Source: an uncultured Thermoprotei archaeon
Lineage (GTDB): Archaea > Thermoproteota > Thermoprotei > Thermofilales > B15-G2
Length of the DNA: 64,000 bases
Assembly (NCBI GenBank): GCA_965367815.1
Contig: CBDUKN010000004.1
Span: 64,001 to 128,000, forward strand
Reading direction: 5' to 3'
Positions within the stretch are counted from its first letter, which is position 1; every line of letters starts with the position of its first letter. Shown here piece after piece: positions 9,155 to 19,139 of this stretch. Both the position numbers and the translations under genes were made by a program. A model generated the notes under the pieces. It did no database searches. It was not told where the DNA came from and worked only from the letters and a program-made list of their open reading frames with translations.

Positions 9155-11032
9155 CTAGCCGCGTAATATTATTGTTGACGGCCCTGGGATTATTTTTAAT
9201 AAACTATTTGTATTTACCTTAATGCCAGTTCTTTTATAGAAGAATAGCTGTATTTTTTTAGAAATGAGATTTTTATCGATTCGTCCTGGTACTAGCACGA
9301 CGTAACACAGGGATTTTTCTAGTATTGCTGAGGGAGGGCCATAGATTACTTTATAGTCGTTTTTTCTTAAGCCTATGGCCAGTTTAAGCTCTGCTTTAAT
9401 GTAGTTTCTTTTTCCTCTTATCATGAAGGCTCCCTTAGTTAAGTATTCTCCTGAAGGAGGTGTTTTTGATACTTGGTCTGCTTTAACGTAGTAGACGTCT
9501 ATTGATGAGAATCCTGCGGTCCATGCTCTCGAGTAAGAAGCGGCGAATATGGCGGCTTCTTGTATTGACTGTGTTCCTGCTTTTTCGCCTTCTTTGAGTA
9601 CTACAGCTGAGCCTCCGTGTATATCTGCGTGGAAAAAAAGGTCTCCTGGTTTCAGATACTTTTTGACTACTACTTCGTTTTGAGCTGCAGTTTTTCCTCC
9701 AATGACTAAGAATCCTTCAGACGTATAGAACCACAGGAATTGCTCAAACCACTTCTCTTTAGCTTCGGGCTTCTTTATACTCGATAGAGTTTTTTCTAAA
9801 ATAAGCGTTTTCTTTGACTCTAGTTCCTCTATTTTCTTTAGAAGTTCTTTTATTTTCTCTCTGCCGACAGAGGCCTTTCTCTCGTATTCTTTCGCTTTTT
9901 CAAATACTTTTTCCACAATTTTTCCTGCAGTTGTGGGCAGAGGCACTTCTATGCCTTCGACAATTACTTTTCTAGAGTTTAGCTTAATGGCTGCAGGCAG
10001 GTCTACTTTTTCTCCTTGGAGAAGTTTTTCAAGTAAATGCATGTTGCTTAAAAGTATGTGGCCCTTTTCTTTAAGTAGCCTAGCTTTTTCCTCATTTTCT
10101 TTAACAGCCTCCTCTAGCTTCCTTATAGATGCTTCAAGCTTCATTTTCTTTTCTTCAAATTCACTATACTTATCTTTTGAAAGAGACTCAACAACAGTTT
10201 TCTTAAAATACTCGTATACTAGCTGACAGAAACTACTGTACTTTCTTTTAACTAAATCTCTGTATATAGTGAGGTCTACAGGTGAAAAAGAATAGTAGTT
10301 ACTGTCCTTGATGTATAGAGTAGGGTCTAGAGAATTCTCAGCAACCCTCGATAGAAGGTCTAGTGCGGCTTCTCTCAGCTTTTCGATTTCTTTTACTTGA
10401 AGAGAAGATGCTTTAGAGTTCTTAGGAACTCCAGCTCTAGCGCATACTTCTTCAGCTAGTTCGCCGGATAAATTGAAGTACCGGGCGAGAGTGCGGACTA
10501 CATCTGAGTTAGATTCACTGAAGTACTTCAAATAGTCGTCTAAACTAGAATCAGGCCTAGTTCCCCTCACCGGAGGATAAGTATAAGCAGTATTTGGTTT
10601 AACTACGTGGTCTCTGTATTCTACAAAACAGTGTGCTGAAACTACTCTACGCGCAGAATCTAAGAGAATAATGTTTCCTCCGCGCATAAGTTCGAGGACC
10701 AAGTACTGGTCACCGGCTCTGCTGCTGACTTTTACTTCAATTATTCTGTCTAACTGTGGCTGAAAAATGTCTTTGATAATACCTCCTCTCAAGTACTTTC
10801 TCAGAATTTTACAAAAAGCAGTAGGCTCTCTTTTTTCACCGAGATCTTCTTCTGATACAGTAATGAAGCTGCCCAGCTTATAGATAATAAATAATGTTTG
10901 TTCACGGGACTTTATTTTCAGTAAGAGAATGTCGCCTAAATGATATACATTTGCTATACGCCCTCCCTGAACCAAGCTGCGTGCTTCTCGGACAAAAGCA
11001 GCTACATCTAAAATATTCATTTCTCTTTTCAT
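9155..11032 (-). CDS. rqcH: Ribosome quality-control protein Rqc2/NEMF (NFACT)
   Basis: QPQLDRII, ELMRGGNIIL, KWFEQFLWF, FFHADIHGG, VSKTPPSGEYL.KGAFMIRG. Confidence 0.93.
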   Translation of the reverse strand: MKREMNILDVAAFVREARSLVQGGRIANVYHLGDILLLKIKSREQTLFIIYKLGSFITVSEEDLGEKREPTAFCKILRKYLRGGIIKDIFQPQLDRIIEVKVSSRAGDQYLVLELMRGGNIILLDSARRVVSAHCFVEYRDHVVKPNTAYTYPPVRGTRPDSSLDDYLKYFSESNSDVVRTLARYFNLSGELAEEVCARAGVPKNSKASSLQVKEIEKLREAALDLLSRVAENSLDPTLYIKDSNYYSFSPVDLTIYRDLVKRKYSSFCQLVYEYFKKTVVESLSKDKYSEFEEKKMKLEASIRKLEEAVKENEEKARLLKEKGHILLSNMHLLEKLLQGEKVDLPAAIKLNSRKVIVEGIEVPLPTTAGKIVEKVFEKAKEYERKASVGREKIKELLKKIEELESKKTLILEKTLSSIKKPEAKEKWFEQFLWFYTSEGFLVIGGKTAAQNEVVVKKYLKPGDLFFHADIHGGSAVVLKEGEKAGTQSIQEAAIFAASYSRAWTAGFSSIDVYYVKADQVSKTPPSGEYLTKGAFMIRGKRNYIKAELKLAIGLRKNDYKVIYGPPSAILEKSLCYVVLVPGRIDKNLISKKIQLFFYKRTGIKVNTNSLLKIIPGPSTIILRG

Positions 11033-11071
11033 TGGTTAAACACCCTTAAATACTGGAGACTCGCCTTAATA

Positions 11072-11332
11072 TTGATGGAGGACTACGATAAACTTTACCT
11101 CATTCGAGTATTTACAGGAGTAGCTGTAGGAGTAGTCTGCGGTATACTATCGCTGAACTTACTCTACGGAGCTGGACTATCGATTATCGTGTACTACGTG
11201 TCTCACAAGATCTCTAAGAAAATATATAAAGGGGAAAAACCCTGGGCAGTAGGCCTTGGCGAATACATAGGACTCTGGATAACACTTTGGTGTATAGTCT
11301 ACAGCCTGCTCTACTGGAAGCCGTCTATTTGA
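11072..11332 (+). CDS. EMC6/Rab5ip-like small three-TM membrane protein
   Basis: [16 protein letters not shown]...[17 protein letters not shown] matches the EMC6 pattern. Confidence 0.6.
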   Translation: MMEDYDKLYLIRVFTGVAVGVVCGILSLNLLYGAGLSIIVYYVSHKISKKIYKGEKPWAVGLGEYIGLWITLWCIVYSLLYWKPSI

Positions 11333-12039
11333 CATACAACAGAACGCCCCACTGAATCTGAAAATACTACTTTATTCTCTTCTTCCCTGAAAAACACTAT
11401 CTTAGAGAACCTCTTGAAGAAAATATTTCCTAGTCTAGGTTCGCGTATAAAAAAGAAGACAACAGCAACATTTTTCTCGAAAGCTATATGAACAGACTTT
11501 AAGTAAAGCTTAGCAATATTAGAGAGAATATTAAGTGACGATTTGCCTAAACTTAGCTCATATGATATAACATTATCGAGTGAAGAAATTAAAAGAATTT
11601 TAAAATCTTTATTAAAAAGGTCTTCAATTAGTAGAATGAGCGAAGATAGCGAGCGTGCTCTAGCGTAAATGATGTTTTTCAACACACTTTTAACATCTAT
11701 GCCTCTATCCTTAGCTAGCTGAACTATTCTCTCAGGTCTAAATGCACCCTCAGTATCGATACAGACTGCCTTAGCGCACGAGTCTTCTTCTTTGAACATC
11801 AGTTGAACTACAAAGCACAGCCAGTGCAATAGTAGACTTTTGATACGGCTGCTTTCTCCGACGAATTCTGTTACTGCTTGTGTTTCTATTCCTCCTCCGA
11901 GGAGTTCGTCTAGTGCTTTACATCCTGTTGAAATGTATTGAACCTTCTGCCTCTTACTCCAGTACTCTTCAGCAGTAATAAACCTAATACCAAGAAGCGC
12001 TGCTAGAGATTTTAAGGGATTAACTGTTTCTAAGTCCAC
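11311..12039 (-). CDS. Truncated RadA paralog with degenerate Walker A and B
   Basis: 48 codons identical to radA, then diverged; Walker A GESSRIKS, Walker B LLISS; [11 protein letters not shown] kept; no N-terminal HhH. Confidence 0.75.
   Translation of the reverse strand: MDLETVNPLKSLAALLGIRFITAEEYWSKRQKVQYISTGCKALDELLGGGIETQAVTEFVGESSRIKSLLLHWLCFVVQLMFKEEDSCAKAVCIDTEGAFRPERIVQLAKDRGIDVKSVLKNIIYARARSLSSLILLIEDLFNKDFKILLISSLDNVISYELSLGKSSLNILSNIAKLYLKSVHIAFEKNVAVVFFFIREPRLGNIFFKRFSKIVFFREEENKVVFSDSVGRSVVCQIDGFQ
11855..11998. repeat. 144-bp exact direct repeat, copy 1 (in the RadA paralog)
   Basis: Identical to 12680-12823 by direct comparison. Confidence 0.92.
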
Positions 12040-12057
12040 ATAAAAAGTACTCTGACT

Positions 12058-12999
12058 CTATATATCTACAATGCCCTCTTCTGTTATCATGAATACTGCC
12101 TCTGATTCGGGGTGTTTTGGGGAGTCAAAAATCTTAGCGATTCTTCTGCCATCCTTACTTTTTCTTAGCCATATTCTGTAAGTGCATCCATGGGCTACTA
12201 CGTGGCCGCCAGCGGGTCTAGTTGAATCTCCGAAGAATGCTTCTGGGTTTGCTAGTACTTGGTTTGTTACTACTACTGCTAGGTTGTATACGTCTGCTAG
12301 TTTAATGAGCTGGTGTACATGCCTATTAAGCTTCTGCTGCCTAACAGCCAAATTCTCCCTACCAGGATACTCTGCTCTAAAGTGACTTATCAGGCTGTCT
12401 ACTACAATGAGCTTTATGTTTTCTTTCGGCACCAAGTCCTTAAGCTCATCTACCAGCAACATTTGGTGGTCGCTGCTGTATGCTCTAGCATAAATAATGT
12501 TTTTCAGTGCTTGCTTCGGGTCAAGACCCCTATACGAGGCTATTTGTATTATTCTTTCTGGCCGGAATGTTCCCTCGGTATCTATGTATACTGCTTTAGC
12601 ATTAAGTCCTCCTTTGTCATAGGGTAATTGAACCATTACACATAACTGGTGACACAACTGAGTCTTACCAGCACCAAACTCTCCGACGAATTCTGTTACT
12701 GCTTGTGTTTCTATTCCTCCTCCGAGGAGTTCGTCTAGTGCTTTACATCCTGTTGAAATGTATTGAACCTTCTGCCTCTTACTCCAGTACTCTTCAGCAG
12801 TAATAAACCTAATACCAAGAAGCTCTCTGGCGGCTTGTGCTATTTTTGCAGCCCTGTCTTCGCTTATACCGAGTACTTCTGCGAGTACTCTCGCTGGAGT
12901 TACTGCTATAGACTCTACTGTAGTAAACCCCGCCTCTTTAAGTTTCTGTGCGGTAGCTTTCCCCACTCCTCTTATTTCAGTAATTTCGTGTTCAGTCAT
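12058..12999 (-). CDS. radA: DNA recombinase RadA
   Basis: HhH (IRGVGKATA), FITA motif, [27 protein letters not shown]. Confidence 0.98.
   Translation of the reverse strand: MTEHEITEIRGVGKATAQKLKEAGFTTVESIAVTPARVLAEVLGISEDRAAKIAQAARELLGIRFITAEEYWSKRQKVQYISTGCKALDELLGGGIETQAVTEFVGEFGAGKTQLCHQLCVMVQLPYDKGGLNAKAVYIDTEGTFRPERIIQIASYRGLDPKQALKNIIYARAYSSDHQMLLVDELKDLVPKENIKLIVVDSLISHFRAEYPGRENLAVRQQKLNRHVHQLIKLADVYNLAVVVTNQVLANPEAFFGDSTRPAGGHVVAHGCTYRIWLRKSKDGRRIAKIFDSPKHPESEAVFMITEEGIVDI
12680..12823. repeat. 144-bp exact direct repeat, copy 2 (in radA)
   Basis: Identical to 11855-11998. Confidence 0.92.
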
Positions 13000-13115
13000 A
13001 TTTCCTAAGTAAATGTCGTCTGCAGTGGGATATTTATAAATGTCTTAGAGGTGACTGAAAGTATTCTTTGCTATAGTGAAAGTAAAAGTTAACTGGATCG
13101 GCGCGGATTCTTTTT

Positions 13116-13304
13116 GTGGTTCAGGGAGTTAAGAAGAAAATACTTGAGCTACTTCAAGTAGAAAAGAACGAAGAGTTTTCATTAGAGGAAATAGCGGAAA
13201 GGATAGGTGAGCAGAGAATAAGCATAATTAAAGCTCAGCTGACGAGACTTATTCGAGAAGGAAAGGTAGTAGAAGTAAGAAAAGGAGTATACAAGGCTCT
13301 TTAG
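13116..13304 (+). CDS. Small winged-helix DNA-binding protein
   Basis: ILELL..SLEEIAERIG..IKAQLTRLIREGKV..VRKGVY. Confidence 0.75.
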   Translation: MVQGVKKKILELLQVEKNEEFSLEEIAERIGEQRISIIKAQLTRLIREGKVVEVRKGVYKAL

Positions 13305-13352
13305 AGTAAAGACTATCACAGAACCCACTAATCAATAAAACTTATAAAGACT

Positions 13353-14132
13353 ATGTGCAGTTCCCTTTTTGTGCAGTTTCTGGAGTGGGGAATAGAAAAA
13401 GTTTCACTTAAACCTCCTCCTACAACAGAGCCTGAGAGAAAATTAAGGGATCTTGTCAAGAAAATAGTTAAAGAGAAAATAGATCATGCTGTAGTAGTTG
13501 GCTCAGAAAATAGAGTCCTCGGGAGTATAAATATTTTTGAAATAATGAGAATAATACTATTCGATCCACTGGAGTCTCTTGATTCAAAAACTATAAACTA
13601 TACTAAACGCAATATAGAAAAAATGAGAGAAAACTCTTCTGTAGCAGACTTGCTCAGACATTGGAAGAATAAGTCTTTGAGCGAGGTATGTATTTTTTCG
13701 AGAAGAGGAGGAACTTTAGTGTCTTCTACTAGCCCCCTCATTTTTATATATAAAACTATAGGATTGTTGAAAGACATAGTATCTCCTAAAATATTTAAGA
13801 AAAGCGAGTCGCTGATAGCAACAAATACAACATTAAGGGGAGTCTTAAAGAGAGCCGTAAAATACGAGCTGACTTGCTTTTTAGTACATAGGCGGGGGAA
13901 TATCCTCGGAGTAGTCGACTGCTTTGATATATTAAATATAATAGCCGAGAATCCTGAAGAAGCTCTCCATTATACGTGTTCATCTATTTACAAGAAGTTA
14001 GAAGAAGTGACATTTCTTAATTGTCAAGAGTGCCGCTTTTCTCCCGTAGTTAGACACGAAAATGATGTTTATGTGATAAGCGAGAGAGATATAGTAAGAG
14101 AGATATGTCGAAGATATCTTGGCAGCGTGTAA
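13353..14132 (+). CDS. Degenerate CBS-domain protein
   Basis: AVVV....VLGSI...EI and LVH..GNILGVV...DIL resemble CBS repeats. Confidence 0.6.
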   Translation: MCSSLFVQFLEWGIEKVSLKPPPTTEPERKLRDLVKKIVKEKIDHAVVVGSENRVLGSINIFEIMRIILFDPLESLDSKTINYTKRNIEKMRENSSVADLLRHWKNKSLSEVCIFSRRGGTLVSSTSPLIFIYKTIGLLKDIVSPKIFKKSESLIATNTTLRGVLKRAVKYELTCFLVHRRGNILGVVDCFDILNIIAENPEEALHYTCSSIYKKLEEVTFLNCQECRFSPVVRHENDVYVISERDIVREICRRYLGSV

Positions 14133-14611
14133 AGTTCATAGTAGATGCAATGCTAGGGGATGTCGCAAAGTGGCTGAGAGTTCTGGGATACGATACTTTC
14201 TACTTTCAGTCTATAGATGATGCTGCAGTACTCAAAATTGCTGCTAGCGAAAAAAGAGTTATTGTGACTAAAGATAAGGAGCTCTCTACTAAGGCTAAGA
14301 AAATGGGCTTAAAATGCATACTTCTGAGAGGTGAAAATCTCGAAGAAAAGCTACTTCAGATAGCGAGGGAGACAGGCTTAGAGCTATACATTAACTTGAA
14401 TTATACTCGATGTCCTAAATGTAATTCTAGGCTAGTACCTGTGCCCTCTATAGAAACAATAGAAAGAGTGCCACCTTCAGTCTCCCGTCTGCAGTCTACT
14501 ATATGGCTTTGTCCTAATTGCGGAAGCGCCTACTGGACAGGGTCTCATTACAATTCAATGAATAAGATTTTAAAGAGTATTAGAGAAAAATTAACCGAGG
14601 TGAACAAATGA
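14105..14611 (+). CDS. Mut7-C (PIN-like) RNase domain protein with Zn ribbon
   Basis: FIVDAMLGDVAKWLRVLGYDT, VTKD, RCPKCN, CPNCG..YW.GSHY. Confidence 0.9.
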   Translation: MSKISWQRVKFIVDAMLGDVAKWLRVLGYDTFYFQSIDDAAVLKIAASEKRVIVTKDKELSTKAKKMGLKCILLRGENLEEKLLQIARETGLELYINLNYTRCPKCNSRLVPVPSIETIERVPPSVSRLQSTIWLCPNCGSAYWTGSHYNSMNKILKSIREKLTEVNK

Positions 14612-15246
14612 AGTACTTAACTCTAGAGGAGGGGGCATTTTTAGTAAAGCTTGCGAGAAAAGCTGTAAAGGAGTATTTAGACAAAGGTATGATAATACCC
14701 CCTCCAGACGATGTCTCAGAGAGACTGAAAGAAAAAAGAGGAGTGTTTGTAACTATTGAAAAAATAGAAATAGATGAAAAGGGTGTCTGGCAGCGTAAGT
14801 TGAGAGGATGCATAGGCTTTCCGGAACCAGTATACCCCCTTGTAGAGGCTACAATACAGGCTGCTGTTGCTGCGTCGGAAGATCCTAGATTCCCGCCGCT
14901 AACTTTGAATGAATTAAGTAGAGTAGTATTTGAAGTAAGTGTACTTTCGCCACTAGAGCTTATTAAAGTAGAAAAACCTCTTGAATACCTCAAAGTAATA
15001 AAAATAGGCAGAGATGGACTTCTAGTAGAGAAAGGTATATTCAAAGGACTTCTCTTACCGCAAGTTCCTGTAGAATACGAGTGGGATGTTGAAACGTTCC
15101 TTAACTATGCGTGTATGAAAGCAGGGCTTCCTCCAGATGCCTGGCTTGACCCTGATACTAAAATATATAGGTTTACTGCACAGATTTTCTATGAGCTAGA
15201 GCCTGAAGGAAGAGTTATTGAAAGACAGTTAGAAATATCACGTTAA
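14608..15246 (+). CDS. AMMECR1-domain protein (TIGR00296-type)
   Basis: GVFVTI, LRGCIG, DPRF, EVSVL, GLLLPQV. Confidence 0.93.
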   Translation: MKYLTLEEGAFLVKLARKAVKEYLDKGMIIPPPDDVSERLKEKRGVFVTIEKIEIDEKGVWQRKLRGCIGFPEPVYPLVEATIQAAVAASEDPRFPPLTLNELSRVVFEVSVLSPLELIKVEKPLEYLKVIKIGRDGLLVEKGIFKGLLLPQVPVEYEWDVETFLNYACMKAGLPPDAWLDPDTKIYRFTAQIFYELEPEGRVIERQLEISR

Positions 15247-15984
15247 GTCGCCGCAAGTACACCATATTTCATGTAGTAGATCGTATAGCTGATCCATTCC
15301 CTCGCCTTCTTTAGCCGAGACAGCTACTATGCGAGATGCTCTACTAAGCCTTTTTACGAGCTCTGCACAGGAAGCCGCTAAGTCTGCCATAAGTCCTACT
15401 TCTTCTTTTGAAAGTTCTTGTTCTATGTTTTCTATATCGAAGACAAATTCTCTCGAAAGCAGATCAGATTTATTAATGACGAATACGCTTTCTGTCTTTA
15501 AGCGTAATTGAACTACTAGACCTAAGAGGTTTAATATAGCGTATCCTGATGCGCTTTTTACTAGAGTAGGATCGAAGACTACGACTGTGACTACTCTACC
15601 TATGTTCTTAAGCAAGTCTAGTAGAGCTGGACCAGCATCCTTAAAGACGAATAGCTCCATTTGACCTGGAGTGTCTATTAAAATAAAAAGGCTTTCAAGT
15701 TTTTCTATACGTCGTATTATCTCTTCTCTTCTCTCATACATTATGTCCATGCTTCTCAGGTAGGCTCCATTAGGTCCTAACTTTTCTTCTTTCATTATCT
15801 TGTTTATTGAAATTAATTCTCTCACATCAAAGTCAGGAGTGTAAGGTAAATACTCGCAGCCAGGATCTAAGTTTACATAGCTTACAGGGAAATCCATGAT
15901 CTTCGTCAACCATGAGCCGAAACATGCAGTTAGTGTAGATTTTCCGCTACCAGCGGGACCTACGAACACTATTATATCTTTCAT
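15238..15984 (-). CDS. GPN-loop GTPase
   Basis: GPAGSGKS, NLDPG, LGPNGA, DTPGQ.E, NKSD. Confidence 0.93.
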   Translation of the reverse strand: MKDIIVFVGPAGSGKSTLTACFGSWLTKIMDFPVSYVNLDPGCEYLPYTPDFDVRELISINKIMKEEKLGPNGAYLRSMDIMYERREEIIRRIEKLESLFILIDTPGQMELFVFKDAGPALLDLLKNIGRVVTVVVFDPTLVKSASGYAILNLLGLVVQLRLKTESVFVINKSDLLSREFVFDIENIEQELSKEEVGLMADLAASCAELVKRLSRASRIVAVSAKEGEGMDQLYDLLHEIWCTCGDLT

Positions 15985-16058
15985 CGGCTAAGTAATGTCA
16001 GGAGGCTTACTTATTTTTAGCGCAATATCTTGATAAAGTAGACAGCAGTATTTAATAT

Positions 16059-16385
16059 GTGCATGTACTCGAGATAATTCTGCCTTACGATGTCGATCCG
16101 GAGCTCGAAGAAAAGTACCGTAGACTTAAGTATATGGTAAAAGCAGAGGTTAAGGTAGTTACTGTAAATTATAGTACATTTAAAGAATATTTAGAGTATA
16201 TTAAGGAGATGTACGGAGGACGGAGGCTTGTAGAGTATATTTATGTTGATGCAGAAGACTTACCGGTATTTATTTTAGACGGGCAGGTTATAGTCGAGGG
16301 AAATTATCCCGAAGTATATGAATTACTCGAACTTTTGCGCTATTATGGAATAAGGACGAGAAGAAAAAGACAATATGTTTTCTAG
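16059..16385 (+). CDS. Hypothetical protein, possible Cys-less thioredoxin-like fold
   Basis: LPVFILDGQVIVEGNYP resembles the C-terminal half of a Trx/Grx fold. Confidence 0.55.
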   Translation: MHVLEIILPYDVDPELEEKYRRLKYMVKAEVKVVTVNYSTFKEYLEYIKEMYGGRRLVEYIYVDAEDLPVFILDGQVIVEGNYPEVYELLELLRYYGIRTRRKRQYVF

Positions 16386-16389
16386 AGTT

Positions 16390-16930
16390 TCGGTATCTGA
16401 CAAAAGCTTCTCAAATGTTCTCCGGTTCAAACCTCTTTTACGGCTTTCTCTCTGCAGAAACACAGTAGCAGTAGCGCCCTATTAACAGGTGAATTGGATG
16501 TAAAAAGCCTTCACGGCTACGCTTAAACCTGATGTAATCTAATTCGACTTCATCTACTTCATATTCGTAGGCAATATTTGTAGCTAGTCCCCTAAGATAC
16601 TTCCTTACTTCAGGATTGTTAGGACACAGGGCCCTTGGATGAGGAGTTCCCCTAAAATCTATTAGCCTACACTCAGGATTCTGCTCAGCGTATATTGGAT
16701 CTACTACACAGACCATATTTAGCTTATAATTGTTTTCTTTTTGTTCCACCAATATAGGAATCTGTATGGTACTCCCATTAAGCTTTCCTCTACGACAACA
16801 ATTACTGTGCTATTAATCTATGAACCGAGCACTCTACCATTCACCTTAAACTCCTTTGGTAGCCTATACTCAAGTCACTCATCGTCTTCTAAAGTAAGAA
16901 CTCAAGCCCTGCATAGATACCTAAATTAAC
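16390..16930 (-). pseudogene. Fragment of a TIM-barrel glycoside-hydrolase-like protein (GHL10/DUF187-like)
   Basis: LCPNNPEVRKY...YEVDEVELDYIRF...YCYC in ORF 16438-16752, broken on both sides; boundaries approximate. Confidence 0.5.
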
Positions 16931-17206
16931 ATCAAGATTCATCGCCGCCCTCTAGCCCACTCCTATCGCTCTGAAAGAAGTAGTTGTGGAGAGCTATAAG
17001 GGAGGAGAATTTTGTTTTAATTGAGTCATGGAAACTAATATACTGTATGGCTATTTATGCAAACAGCTTATATATCTCTGAAACAACTATTACTTTAGAT
17101 GACCCACTCTACCTCTAGGGTAGAGTAGCGATGAGGCGAGAGCCCTATGGCTCAGTGAGCCCCACCCCAGGCCCACAGCTATCTAAGTGAACGACGGGGG
17201 TGTCTT

Positions 17207-18628
17207 ATGGGGCGGGAGGAGTTTGTTAAGATAATTAGGTCTAATGTTTTGAGAATAGAGGTAGATGAGAAAACAGAGAAGTTATTGAAGTGTCTTCAGA
17301 GAGAGTTTAGAAAGTATTTTAGGCTAGCGAATAGGTTTGTTAAACAGTATTATCAGAAAAACAGTAGGCTTCCTAGCGCAGCAAATGTTTACAGGCTTCT
17401 CAGGGAATATGGTGTATCTAGTACTGCTGCAAACGAGGTTTCGAAAAAGGTTCTGAAGCTTAGGAAAGCTACATTGAGCTTGAGAAAAGAGGGTTTAAGG
17501 CTAAGCCACCGGAGTTCAGGAATCCGCTTATAATTCTTCATAATCAGCAATATAGGGTTTATGTTGTAAAAGAAAGAGACGAGTGGATCGCTGAGAAAAT
17601 TGAAGTAAGGTTAAGTAGGAAGTGGGTTGAAGTAAGGGTTAGAGGTAAGTTACGGTAGGTTCCGAGGCTTGAGGAAGGACTAGTCTTCTATCTAATGGGA
17701 GGACTAAAGCATCCTATTATAGAGCTAAGACACCTGTTTACTGAAGACTACTTGATTTTAGGAGAAAAATGTCTTAGTAAGAATAAGGCAGAGGTTTTCC
17801 AACGAAACGGTAAATGATATTTTGCTTTTTCAGCGAAATTAAAGATTCCAGTGCTTCAGGGAAAGGGTGTAGCTGCTATAGACATTGGTGCACGAAATCT
17901 TATTGCTTTAATTGGAGTTGATAGTGAAGGCAACACTTTTTCACTATTGTTTAAGAGTGGTACTCCTAGAGCCTATTGGCTTAAGTGCGGGAAGCTTGCT
18001 AGACGGAGACAAAAAATCGCTTACAAGTATTTCTGGGATGCAACGGAGCACTCTGAAAACAATGATGAGGAGAAGGAGAAAGAGTTTTTCAGTAAATATG
18101 AATTGTATTTGAGGAAAGCTGGACGGTTTAAGAGGAAGGCTAGGGAGGTGAGGAAGAAGGCTGTAAATAGTATGTGTCGATTGATTGCAGAGTTTCTTGT
18201 AGAGAAAGGTGTTTCAACTATTTATGTAGGAAATTCAGTATGCTACTGTGTCTGTGGAGAAGACTTGGTTGAAGAGATCACTTCAAAGCCTGCTAGAGAG
18301 CTTTTAAGAAACTTTTTTGCTCCCCCTCAAATCATCAATTCTTTGAGAAGACACTGTGAGGTTAAAGGTATTCAAGTGGTTGAAGTAAGTGAGCGTGGTT
18401 CTTCGTCTCGGTGCCCGATATGTGGTCAAAGTGTTCAGCGAGTGTATAGAGGCTTAATTGTCTGCAAAGACCGTGGAAGCTTTAATGCGGACTTAGCGGC
18501 AGCCTACAATATTTTACGGAAAAATAATAGTGTAAAGCTTAGTGATAATGTCTTAAAAATTAGTTAATTACCCTAAGATATACATTTACTTAATTAAGGA
18601 ACAGAAATGGTTTGAGAAAAGTATTTAA
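17207..18628 (+). pseudogene. tnpB: RNA-guided nuclease TnpB pseudogene
   Basis: RuvC-I AAIDIG, VSERGSSSRCPIC, NADLAAAYNI; frameshift near 17495, stops TAG 17656 and TGA 17815, probable frameshift near 18555. Confidence 0.88.
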
Positions 18629-18660
18629 ATAAACTAAAATAAATTAAATTAGTTTCTTTA

Positions 18661-18780
18661 CCCCCGATAGAGAGACACCCCCCGCGGCTAGCCCCACATA
18701 GGGGGTAACCCGCCTGACCCTCCAGGTCGCAATGAAAGGCCAGCCTAGAGCCGAAAGAGGGGTCTAGAGACAAGTATACA
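18661..18780 (+). ncRNA. Putative TnpB omega/reRNA (right-end RNA)
   Basis: GC-rich island just 3' of tnpB; CCCC/GGGG hairpin; K-turn-like GCC-UGA..AUGA-AAGGC; CUAGA/UCUAG stem. Confidence 0.55.
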
Positions 18781-18830
18781 TAGACTTTTGCGTAAAAGTA
18801 TTAAAGGAGTAGATATAGTGTATAAAGGCT

Positions 18831-19088
18831 ATGAAGGGGACAATAGTCTCCTTCAGATTAGGTCTACGAAGACAGTACCCTAATCAAGTTATCCTAGAAA
18901 TAGAAGGAATAAAAAGCTTCAGAGAGGCCAGCAAACTCATAGGGAGAAAGGTTGTTGTAGTGGTGGGTAAAGGTAAAAGAGTTATGGGGAAAATAACTAA
19001 GGTTCATGGCAAAAAAGGAAGAGTAGTTGCTCGCTTTAGAAAACCTTTACCAGGACAGGTTCTTGGAACACCCGTCGAAATACTTTAA
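18831..19088 (+). CDS. rpl35ae: 50S ribosomal protein L35Ae
   Basis: GTIVSFRLG..RQYP.Q, GKITKVHGKKG.V.ARF..PLPGQ. Confidence 0.93.
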   Translation: MKGTIVSFRLGLRRQYPNQVILEIEGIKSFREASKLIGRKVVVVVGKGKRVMGKITKVHGKKGRVVARFRKPLPGQVLGTPVEIL

Positions 19089-19139
19089 CTTTCGGAGGGA
19101 TAGCAATATATAGTTTTATTTGAGTAAAGCATTAGAAGT

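Larger units (their letters stand above)
17099..18780 (+). mobile_element. Solo tnpB element (IS200/IS605 superfamily, IS1341-like), degenerate; ends approximate
   Basis: tnpB pseudogene between two GC-rich hairpin regions (17099-17205 and 18661-18775); no tnpA nearby. Confidence 0.7.

Noticed and set aside
11855-12823. The 144-bp repeat as a diversity-generating retroelement TR/VR pair
   Set aside because: The copies are identical with no adenine-specific mismatches, and there is no reverse transcriptase in the window.
16930-16975. GC-rich patch ending in CTGA as a C/D sRNA
   Set aside because: No properly spaced C, D' and C' boxes on either strand.
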